Part shown: positions 24,816 through 32,842 of the stretch, one piece after another
Numbering within the stretch: the first letter of the stretch is position 1
How the letters are laid out: every line of letters begins with the position of its first letter
Sequence record: SRR20825006_771
DNA: 33,870 nucleotides
Strand: one strand, 5' to 3'
Made by a program: the position numbers and the translations under genes
The notes under the pieces: model-generated
The model's database searches: none
What the model saw: the letters and a program-made list of their open reading frames with translations, nothing else
Told to the model about the DNA's origin: nothing

Positions 24816-26177
24816 ATGTATGATGCAAAGCGCATCGAGGAACTGGATAAATGGCTGAAAGCCGAAAATATCGATGATATCGAATGCATGGTGGCAGACA
24901 ACGCAGGCATCGCCCGCGGCAAGTCTATGCCTCGCACAAAATTCATCGATGGCTTGAGAACACGCGGCCTTCGGCTGCCTGAAACGGTGTTTGGCATGAC
25001 CATCACCGGTGATTATGCCTTGAACGACTATCTGTCCGAGACGGAGCGCGATGTTGTATTGCTTCCCGATCTGGACACGCTCTGTATGACACCTTGGCAG
25101 CCGGAACCTACTGCTGCGGTAATTTGTGATGCTGAGCTTGATAACGGCGCCCCAGTTGACTTTTCACCCCGGCAGGTCTTGAAGCGCGTGCTCAAACTCT
25201 ATGAAGACGAAGGCTGGCAGCCAATTGTTGCCCCAGAGTTCGAGTTTTACCTTATAGATCGGCAAGAAGATGTTGAATCTTCGCCAGTTTCACCTGTTGG
25301 AATGTCTGGCCGCAGAGATAGTGGTTCAGCCCCTTATTCCATCGACAGCCTTGATGAATTCGCGCCTTATTTCGATGATGTGTATGACGCCTGTGAGGCA
25401 CAGCGCATCGATATTGATGAGCTGATCCACGAGGCAGGCCCTGCCCAGTTTGAGTTTAATATGGTTCATGGCCCAGCCCTTAATGTGGCGGACCAGTCGT
25501 TCCTCTTTAAGCGCATCCTTCGTCAGATCGCGATCCGGCACAATATGTTCGCCACCTTTATGGCGAGCCCTTATCCGGATACCTATGGCAGTGCCATGCA
25601 TATCCACCAGTCAGTGGTCGACCTTAAAACCGGCAAAAACATTTTCGCGAATGAAGACGGCAGTCATTCTGACCTGTTCCTCTCTCATATCGCGGGGCTG
25701 CAGAACTATATGCATGAAGCCATGCCGCTGATCGCACCGTTTGTGAACAGCTATCGCCGCTTCTCACTGGCATGGTCTGCCCCCACCAACACGCACTGGA
25801 GCCGGGAGAACCGCTCTGTAGGCTTGCGTGTTCCTGGTGGGGCGAAAGAAAGCCGCCGCATTGAAAACCGCGTATCCGGCTCTGACGTGAACCCATATTT
25901 CGCCATCGCTGCCTCATTGGCTTGCGGTTACCTGGGTATGAAAAACAAGCTTCAGCCAGCGGCTGAGTTCCGTGGTTCTGCGTATGAAGCCCGCGGCAGG
26001 TCCCTGCCCAGCCACTTCCTTGAAGGGCTCAAGAATATGCGCGGCAGTGACGCGCTTAAAGAAATCCTCGGTGAGGGTTTTGTTGAGACCTATCTGGATG
26101 CCAAGGCAATGGAATATGACAGTTATTCCTCTGTCCTGAGCCCATGGGAAACGAAATACCTTCTACTCACGGTGTAA
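24816..26177 (+). CDS. puuA: Glutamine synthetase-like gamma-glutamylpolyamine synthetase (PuuA/SpuB-like), copy 2
   Basis: GIARGKSMP, APEFEFYL, HEAGPAQFEFN, GSAMHIHQSV, ENRSVGLRVP and RRIENRVSGSDVNPY motifs. Confidence 0.88.
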   Translation: MYDAKRIEELDKWLKAENIDDIECMVADNAGIARGKSMPRTKFIDGLRTRGLRLPETVFGMTITGDYALNDYLSETERDVVLLPDLDTLCMTPWQPEPTAAVICDAELDNGAPVDFSPRQVLKRVLKLYEDEGWQPIVAPEFEFYLIDRQEDVESSPVSPVGMSGRRDSGSAPYSIDSLDEFAPYFDDVYDACEAQRIDIDELIHEAGPAQFEFNMVHGPALNVADQSFLFKRILRQIAIRHNMFATFMASPYPDTYGSAMHIHQSVVDLKTGKNIFANEDGSHSDLFLSHIAGLQNYMHEAMPLIAPFVNSYRRFSLAWSAPTNTHWSRENRSVGLRVPGGAKESRRIENRVSGSDVNPYFAIAASLACGYLGMKNKLQPAAEFRGSAYEARGRSLPSHFLEGLKNMRGSDALKEILGEGFVETYLDAKAMEYDSYSSVLSPWETKYLLLTV

Positions 26178-26182
26178 GACTA

Positions 26183-27559
26183 ATGAACCAACTCTCAAAC
26201 CAGACCAAATTCTGGCAGAGCCAGGATGCGGACCATCATCTGCATCCTTTCACCGCCCACCCGCAGCTGCGGGAACGTGGCGTCCGTATGATCACGGGCG
26301 CCAAGGGCATCTACCTGACGGATTCTGAGGGCCATAAAATACTGGACGGTATGGCTGGCCTTTGGTGCACGCAGGTGGGGTATGGAAACGAAGAGATTGT
26401 CGAGGTTGCCGCCAAGGCAATGCGCGAGCTTTCCTATTATAATCTCTTTTTCATGACCTCGAACCCTTATGCCACCGAGCTAGCCGCGAAGGTTGCCGAG
26501 AAAACACCTGAGGGAATCTCTCAGGTGCTCTTCGCTTGCTCAGGCTCAGAAGCGGTCGATAGCGCCTATAAGCTGATCAAATATTACTGGAACCTGAAGG
26601 GCCAGCCCCAGCGCAAACAGTTCATCGCGCGGGAGCGAGCTTATCATGGCTCCACTACAGTCGCAGCGTCGCTGTCGGGCCTCACGGGTATGCATCCGCA
26701 GTTTGACCTTCCCATTGAAGGTATCCACCACATCGGGCCAACGCCGCATCACTACAAATTCGGCCAGGGGCTTATGGAAGAAGAGTTTACTGACCAGTGC
26801 GTACAGGCCCTTGAGGACAAGATTCTTGAGCTTGGACCAGAAAATGTTGCTGCTTTTGTGGGCGAACCGGTGATGGGTGCTGGCGGCATGATGCCGCCCC
26901 CTGCTGGCTATTGGCCCCGAATTGAGGCCGTCTGCCGCAAATACGGTGTACTTTTGTGGGCGGATGAGGTCATCACGGGCTGGGGCCGCACAGGCGAATG
27001 GTTCGGCAGCCAATACTTCGGCATTACACCTGATGTGATGACCATGGCTAAAGGCATGACCTCAGGCTATCAGCCACTTTCCGCCGTAGCGCTGGGGCAT
27101 GACATCGCGGATGAGATTGCCAAGGGCGATAGCGAGATGGTGCACGGCTTTACCTATTCCGGCCATCCTGTTGCTTGTGCTGTGGCTCTCAAGAATATTG
27201 AAATCCTTGAGCGTGACGGCCTTGTGGGCGAAGCCGCAAAACCGCGCATCGCCTATTTTCAGGACCGTCTGGCCACACTGGCTGACCATCCGCTTGTTGG
27301 TCAGGTACGTTCCATCGGGCTTCTTGGCGGCCTTGAGCTTGTTGCTGACAAAGAAACACGCGCGCCATTTGATGAAGCACTGGATGTGGGCTTCAAATGC
27401 CGTGAGCACTGTTTCAACACCGGCTTGATCATGCGGGCTGTTGGCGACGCCATGATCCTTTGCCCGCCCCTTGTCATCACCAATGCGGAGATTGACGAGC
27501 TGGTGGACAAAGCGCGAAACGCGCTTGACCTTACCGCAAAGCAAATCGGCCGCATGTAA
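26183..27559 (+). CDS. spuC: Putrescine/polyamine:pyruvate aminotransferase (SpuC-like, class III)
   Basis: DADHHLHPFT, LDGMAGLWC, AYHGST, ADEVITGWGRTG, MAKGMTSGYQP and HGFTYSGHPVACA motifs; start ATG 26183. Confidence 0.85.
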   Translation: MNQLSNQTKFWQSQDADHHLHPFTAHPQLRERGVRMITGAKGIYLTDSEGHKILDGMAGLWCTQVGYGNEEIVEVAAKAMRELSYYNLFFMTSNPYATELAAKVAEKTPEGISQVLFACSGSEAVDSAYKLIKYYWNLKGQPQRKQFIARERAYHGSTTVAASLSGLTGMHPQFDLPIEGIHHIGPTPHHYKFGQGLMEEEFTDQCVQALEDKILELGPENVAAFVGEPVMGAGGMMPPPAGYWPRIEAVCRKYGVLLWADEVITGWGRTGEWFGSQYFGITPDVMTMAKGMTSGYQPLSAVALGHDIADEIAKGDSEMVHGFTYSGHPVACAVALKNIEILERDGLVGEAAKPRIAYFQDRLATLADHPLVGQVRSIGLLGGLELVADKETRAPFDEALDVGFKCREHCFNTGLIMRAVGDAMILCPPLVITNAEIDELVDKARNALDLTAKQIGRM

Positions 27560-27569
27560 GGAGTTTAAC

Positions 27570-29066
27570 ATGAGCGAAAAAACACGTGGCTATTGGCAAA
27601 CCAAAGCCAAAGAAGCCAAAATCCGCACCAAAGCCTTCATTGACGGCGAATGGCTGGATGCAGTCTCTGGCGAAACGTTTGAGACCATCAACCCCGCCAC
27701 AGGTGCGGTGATTGCCCGTATTGCCAGCTGCGATAAGGCAGATGTCGACAAGGCCGTTGCTGCCGCGCGTCGTGCTTTTAACGCCACCGGCTGGTCAGAC
27801 CTTCACCCCACCAAACGTGGGCAGATCATGATCAACTTCAGCCGCCTTGTGGCTGAAAACGCTGATGAGCTTGCGGTTCTTGAAGTGATGGATATGGGCA
27901 AACCCATCTCGGATGCCACATCTATCGATATCCCCGCCGTTGTGAACTGCCTGCGCTGGTATGGCGAAGCGGCAGACAAGGTGCTGGACGAAATCGCCCC
28001 CACGGACGCTGGCTCGCTTGCCATGGTCACGCGGGAGCCCATCGGCGTTGTCGCGGCCGTGGTACCGTGGAACTTCCCTGCCCTGATGGCAGCGTGGAAG
28101 CTGGGCCCTGCCCTTGCATCAGGCAACGCCGTGATCCTGAAACCAGCTGAACAATCGCCGCTCACCGCCCTTCGCTTGGCGGAGCTGGCGTTCGAGGCTG
28201 GTATCCCCAAAGGTATATTCAACGTTGTGCCCGGCCTTGGTCACACGGCAGGCAAGGCGCTGGGCCTGCATATGGATGTCGATGGCCTTGCGTTCACCGG
28301 TTCCACGCAGGTTGGTAAATATTTCATGGAATATTCCGGCCAGTCGAACCTGAAGCGGATCGCGCTTGAGTGTGGCGGCAAAAGCCCGCACATCATCATG
28401 GATGACTGCCCTGACCTAGATGCTGCAGCCAGTGCAGCAGCGGGCGCTATTTTCTTCAACCAGGGCGAAGTCTGCACTGCAGGCTCCCGCCTTCTGGTAG
28501 ATAAGAAGATCAAAGAAAAATTCCTCGCCAAGGTACTAGAGGCCGCAAAAGGCTGGATACCGGGTGACCCGCTTGACCCTAAAACCAACCTCGGTGCGAT
28601 TGTGGACAAGGAACAACACAGCCGCATCATGAGCTTTGTTGACAAAGCCAAAACCGAAGGCGGCAAGTTGGAAGTTGGCGGCAGTGTCGCACGGGCAGAA
28701 TCAGGCGGTTATTTCATTGAGCCAACTGTGTTTGACGGCGTAACGCCGGAGATGACCATCGCCCGTGAAGAAATTTTCGGGCCCGTGCTTGCTGTAATCG
28801 AGTTTGATGGGGAAGAGGAAGCGATTGAGATCGCCAACAACACCATCTATGGCCTCGCCGCAGCAGTCTGGAGCAAGGATATCAGCCGCGCACACCGTAT
28901 GGCGCGAGCCCTGCAGGCCGGCACCGTCTGGGTAAACTGCTGGGACCCAACGGGTGACCTTTCCATCCCATTCGGGGGGTACAAACAAAGCGGCTTCGGC
29001 CGGGATAAATCGCTCCACGCGTTTGACAAATATACAAACTTGAAAACCACGTGGGTTCAGCTATAG
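27570..29066 (+). CDS. puuC: Gamma-glutamyl-gamma-aminobutyraldehyde dehydrogenase (PuuC/PauC-like)
   Basis: VPWNFP, LKPAEQSPL, SNLKRIALECGGKSP, IFFNQGEVCTAGSR and GFGRDKSLHAFDKYT motifs; AAGGAG RBS. Confidence 0.9.
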   Translation: MSEKTRGYWQTKAKEAKIRTKAFIDGEWLDAVSGETFETINPATGAVIARIASCDKADVDKAVAAARRAFNATGWSDLHPTKRGQIMINFSRLVAENADELAVLEVMDMGKPISDATSIDIPAVVNCLRWYGEAADKVLDEIAPTDAGSLAMVTREPIGVVAAVVPWNFPALMAAWKLGPALASGNAVILKPAEQSPLTALRLAELAFEAGIPKGIFNVVPGLGHTAGKALGLHMDVDGLAFTGSTQVGKYFMEYSGQSNLKRIALECGGKSPHIIMDDCPDLDAAASAAAGAIFFNQGEVCTAGSRLLVDKKIKEKFLAKVLEAAKGWIPGDPLDPKTNLGAIVDKEQHSRIMSFVDKAKTEGGKLEVGGSVARAESGGYFIEPTVFDGVTPEMTIAREEIFGPVLAVIEFDGEEEAIEIANNTIYGLAAAVWSKDISRAHRMARALQAGTVWVNCWDPTGDLSIPFGGYKQSGFGRDKSLHAFDKYTNLKTTWVQL

Positions 29067-29072
29067 CAAATT

Positions 29073-29103
29073 AAAGGCGCGGCACTTGGCTCGCGCCTTT
29101 TTT
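29073..29103 (+). terminator. Intrinsic terminator after puuC
   Basis: AAAGGCGCG-gcacttggct-CGCGCCTTTTTT. Confidence 0.75.
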
Positions 29104-29160
29104 GGTTACATAAAAATCAGATGAAAGTCTGAAAGATGGGGTTCTGGGGAGAGAAACATC

Positions 29161-30543
29161 ATGGAAACGGCTGACGCGCTCCAATCTGTGAGCCATATGG
29201 GGCCTCTGTCGCTGATCCCGACACTTCTGGTGTTGGTGATTGCGGTTTGGATCAAACGACCAATTGAAGCGCTTCTCGCTGGTGCCATCATGGGCGTGAT
29301 CATGCTGAACGGCACAGCCACGGTTGGCGCGTTTGCCGATATGGCCGTGCGCACCCTGCAGGATGATGACCTCGCGTGGATCATCCTGGTTTGTGGCGGC
29401 ATGGGCAGCCTGATTGGGCTTTTCATCCGCACCGGCAGCCTGCACGCTTTCATGGAAAGAGTAACCCGGAGGGTTACCACCCGCTTTGGTGCGCTGTTAG
29501 CCACCTGGCTTATGGGCATTGCCCTTTTTGTCGATGACTACCTAAACTCCATCACCGTTGGTGCAGCCATGCGCAAGATCACCGACAAGTTCAAAATCTC
29601 CCGCGAGATGCTGGCCTATGTGATCGACAGCACCGCAGCCCCTGTGAGCGTGATTATCCCTATCTCCACCTGGGCGGTGTTTTTTGGCACCATCCTTGTT
29701 GATGTTGGCATGGCCGAGGAAGGCCACGGCATCATGGCCTATATCAGCGGCATTCCTTATATGCTCTATCCGTGGATCGCGGTTCTGATGGTGCCTTTGG
29801 TGGCGTCAGGAAAAATCCCGCTTTTGGGGCCAATGAAGGCCGCTGAGCTGCGCGCGGCAGGTGGCCAGAGCATTCCGCCGGGCGCTGAGCACATCCACAA
29901 GGCGCACCTTGCCATTCAGGAGCGCAAGGGGGTGAACCGGAAGATTTCCCTTTTTGTGCTCCCCCTTCTCACCCTTGTGGGGCTGACGCTTTATTTCGAC
30001 CTTGAATTCCTGCGCGCGACGATCGCAACTCTGGGGCTGACAGCCCTTGCCGTGCTTGTGTTCAAAATTCTCGACCTGCATGACACCTTCGATACGGTCA
30101 TTGAGGGTTTCAAGACCATGATCGAGCCTCTCGCTATTATTTTTGCGGCCTATATGCTCAAGGATGTGAACGGCTCCCTTGGGCTCACCACCTATATTCT
30201 TGAACTTACACAACCCTTTATGACTGCACAGACCTTGCCTTTCATTGTGTTTGGCGTGATGGGGCTGATCGCTTTTGCCACCGGGTCAAGCTGGGGCATG
30301 TTTGTCATCGCACTGCCAATCATTGCTGAACTGGCAATCGCGACCGACGCCAACATTCCGCTCATTATCGGGGCGACATTGTCAGCCAGCACGTTCGGCA
30401 GCCACGCGTGCCTTTATGCGGATGCAACGGTGCTAACAGCACAAAGCTGCGGCTGCACATCCATCCAGCATGCGCTCACACAGTTGCCTTATGCGTTCCT
30501 CGCTGCGCTATTATCCTTGATTGGCTTCGCCTTCCTTGCGTAG
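29161..30543 (+). CDS. NhaC-family (IT superfamily) secondary transporter
   Basis: FVDDYLNSITVG, SREMLAYVIDSTAAP, ISTWA, FATGSSWG and FGSHACLYADATVL motifs; about 11-12 TM. Confidence 0.88.
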   Translation: METADALQSVSHMGPLSLIPTLLVLVIAVWIKRPIEALLAGAIMGVIMLNGTATVGAFADMAVRTLQDDDLAWIILVCGGMGSLIGLFIRTGSLHAFMERVTRRVTTRFGALLATWLMGIALFVDDYLNSITVGAAMRKITDKFKISREMLAYVIDSTAAPVSVIIPISTWAVFFGTILVDVGMAEEGHGIMAYISGIPYMLYPWIAVLMVPLVASGKIPLLGPMKAAELRAAGGQSIPPGAEHIHKAHLAIQERKGVNRKISLFVLPLLTLVGLTLYFDLEFLRATIATLGLTALAVLVFKILDLHDTFDTVIEGFKTMIEPLAIIFAAYMLKDVNGSLGLTTYILELTQPFMTAQTLPFIVFGVMGLIAFATGSSWGMFVIALPIIAELAIATDANIPLIIGATLSASTFGSHACLYADATVLTAQSCGCTSIQHALTQLPYAFLAALLSLIGFAFLA

Positions 30544-30552
30544 AAAGAGGAT

Positions 30553-31308
30553 ATGAGCAAAAATGACATCAATTTTGACAAGCTGGCGCGCGAGACGGGT
30601 GAAACCGCCCAGGAATGGGTTTATCGCGCGTTGCGCTTCGTCGTGATGTCTGGCCAGGTGCAACCTGGCCGGGCGCTAACCATACGCGGCATCGCTGATA
30701 TGCTGGACGTCTCTGCCATGCCGGTGCGGGAGGCGCTGAGGCGCTTAACCTCGGAAGGCGCGCTGGAACTGAAGTCAAACCGCCGCATCATGGTGCCTGA
30801 CCTCTCCCCCGCCCGCCTTGCTGAGCTTTTAGAGCTGCGTATTATGCTTGAGGTGCACGCGGCAGAGCGCGCACTGCCTTATGTTACTGAAGCGAAACTG
30901 AGCGAGCTGCATGCGCTTAACGATGAGCAGAACAAGGCGTTTGAAGACCCTGACCCACAGGGCATCATTATCGGCAATCAGGCGTTTCACCGCGCTCTTT
31001 ATCTAGCGCACCCGCATGCGGTTACGCTGCCGATGATCGAGCGTATCTGGCTACAGCTCGGGCCACTGCACCGCCTTGCGCTCGCGAACCTTGAGAAACA
31101 TTACGTCACCGACCGGCATGTCGAGATCATGCAGGCGATTGAAACCCGCAACCCGTTTGGGCTGAGGGCTGCCATAGAAGCCGATATCAGGGACGGCGCG
31201 GGCTATATGACGCAAACCGAGCTTCTTGAGCGCTATACCCGTGCGGAGGCCGACAATCTTGTCATGCCGGGTAAGGACTATATGACCCGGCTTGTAAAGA
31301 CGACCTAG
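30553..31308 (+). CDS. GntR-family transcriptional regulator (FCD effector domain)
   Basis: wHTH LTIRGIADMLDVSAMPVREALRRL; FCD metal-site pattern NQAFHRALY...DRHVEIM. Confidence 0.92.
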   Translation: MSKNDINFDKLARETGETAQEWVYRALRFVVMSGQVQPGRALTIRGIADMLDVSAMPVREALRRLTSEGALELKSNRRIMVPDLSPARLAELLELRIMLEVHAAERALPYVTEAKLSELHALNDEQNKAFEDPDPQGIIIGNQAFHRALYLAHPHAVTLPMIERIWLQLGPLHRLALANLEKHYVTDRHVEIMQAIETRNPFGLRAAIEADIRDGAGYMTQTELLERYTRAEADNLVMPGKDYMTRLVKTT

Positions 31309-31327
31309 CTTCTATTCTATGAGGGCC

Positions 31328-32008
31328 TTACTCGGCTGGAAAATCGAAATATGTATCGGGGTATGGCTCTTCCGCCAGCGTGAAGTGCCACCACTCAGCC
31401 TCATATGGCTTGAAACCGTGCTTGAGCATAAGCCCGCGCAACAACGCCCGGTTTTCACGCGCTTCTGGCGGAATATCGGCATTTAACGCATGTGAGATTG
31501 GGCCAAAAAAGTCCCATGGGCTCCCCATATCAAGTTCCGTCACCGCACCGTCATCACCAACGCTTGCGATGGTCAGGTCAATGGTTGAGCCTCTGGTATG
31601 GCCAGATTTCTTCGCAATATAGCCTTCCGGCACCAAACGATCTTTGCTGATACCCGGGTAATATTCGGCCTTGTTTTTGGTGTCAGCACCATCTGCAACC
31701 CATGCCATGAAATCATCCACAGCGCGCTGTGGGCGGTAACTGTCAAACACCTTGAGAGTGTAACCTTTGGCAACAAGGTCCGCCTGCACTCCAGCAAGAG
31801 CATCCGCCGCTTCCCGGCTCATCAGGGATTTTGCTGCAAGGTAGCCCTCAACAGGGCGGCCAAGGAAATTATCATTACCAGCATAGCGGGTTTCAACCAC
31901 GATACCGGGAATATGCCCGGCAAGGTCAACAAAACCCTCACGGCCCTCTGCGATCGCCGACATTGTACCTGTTGCCATCATCACCCCCAAAATCGCCGCC
32001 TTGATCAT
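31328..32008 (-). CDS. ddpX: D-alanyl-D-alanine dipeptidase (VanX/DdpX, peptidase M15D) with signal peptide
   Basis: FDSYRPQRAV, SGHTRGSTIDLT (SxHxxGxxxD) and EWWHF Zn-site motifs. Confidence 0.92.
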   Translation of the reverse strand: MIKAAILGVMMATGTMSAIAEGREGFVDLAGHIPGIVVETRYAGNDNFLGRPVEGYLAAKSLMSREAADALAGVQADLVAKGYTLKVFDSYRPQRAVDDFMAWVADGADTKNKAEYYPGISKDRLVPEGYIAKKSGHTRGSTIDLTIASVGDDGAVTELDMGSPWDFFGPISHALNADIPPEARENRALLRGLMLKHGFKPYEAEWWHFTLAEEPYPDTYFDFPAE

Positions 32009-32017
32009 CCTAGCCCC

Positions 32018-32842
32018 CTAAAACAGCCATACAACACCCAACTGGGCCCTCGCCTGCACCCTGTGCTCACGGGCAAACGGGCTCAATGCCGCATTGTCTT
32101 TCAGCTTGGAAAGGCGAATGCCGCCTTTCAGCAACCAGTTTTTAGCAAGGCGGTGCTCGGATGACAACTCGGCATGCACTTCATAAAGCCCACCGCCCGC
32201 CCGGTATGCCGGGAAACGTTCATGGCCTCTGGGCACGCCAAAATAGGCTTTCATATAGTCGGGTGAGCCCCATGTGCCGCCAATCACAGGCACAAGCTTG
32301 AACTTTGAGTTCAGCTCAAAAAGATAGCCGCCTTCAAGCTCAACCTGAAAGCCGCCATGCACCTCGCCTGTGCCCATATAGGCCTCGGCGGTAAGGAACA
32401 GTTTGTAAAATGACGTCCCGGCAAAGAGGCCAATTTCAACAGCGTCACCAAGCTCATCAGCCGGGTTCAGATCGGGCCGGATCAAGTCGTCACGGCGACC
32501 ATCATTGAACCGGGCAATCACACCCGCGCGCAACAAGCGCCTGCTTGTAACAACGGCACCTATCTTATTGTTTTCAATAAAAAATGTATCTTTGTAACTT
32601 ACCCTGACATCAAGCCCAAGCGATGACACATGTTCACCTGCCCCAAGGTCTCTCGGGCTGAGGTTCAGGCTCATGCCAACCTGCCCGACCCAGGCGTCGT
32701 TTTTACGCTCGTCCTCAACCGGCACGGATTCTATATAGACAGGCTGGCCGGTACGGCCAAGGTCAACGGTCTGTGCCAACGCCGGGCCTGCAGCCAGCGC
32801 CATATAAGACAGCAGGAACAGCCTCCCTAGCGTGAGGCCCAT
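32018..32842 (-). CDS. MipA/OmpV-family outer-membrane protein
   Basis: Signal peptide ALA-Q; DYMKAYFGV, YRAGGG and AALSPF motifs; terminal aromatic strand GVVWLF. Confidence 0.82.
   Translation of the reverse strand: MGLTLGRLFLLSYMALAAGPALAQTVDLGRTGQPVYIESVPVEDERKNDAWVGQVGMSLNLSPRDLGAGEHVSSLGLDVRVSYKDTFFIENNKIGAVVTSRRLLRAGVIARFNDGRRDDLIRPDLNPADELGDAVEIGLFAGTSFYKLFLTAEAYMGTGEVHGGFQVELEGGYLFELNSKFKLVPVIGGTWGSPDYMKAYFGVPRGHERFPAYRAGGGLYEVHAELSSEHRLAKNWLLKGGIRLSKLKDNAALSPFAREHRVQARAQLGVVWLF

Noticed and set aside
18652-26177. Calling the two GS-fold genes true glutamine synthetases (glnA)
   Set aside because: Motif variants and the puuB/puuC/puuD context indicate gamma-glutamyl-amine ligases
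31328-32008. VanX homologue as a vancomycin-resistance determinant
   Set aside because: No vanH/vanA/vanRS nearby; Gram-negative host; DdpX-like housekeeping role more likely
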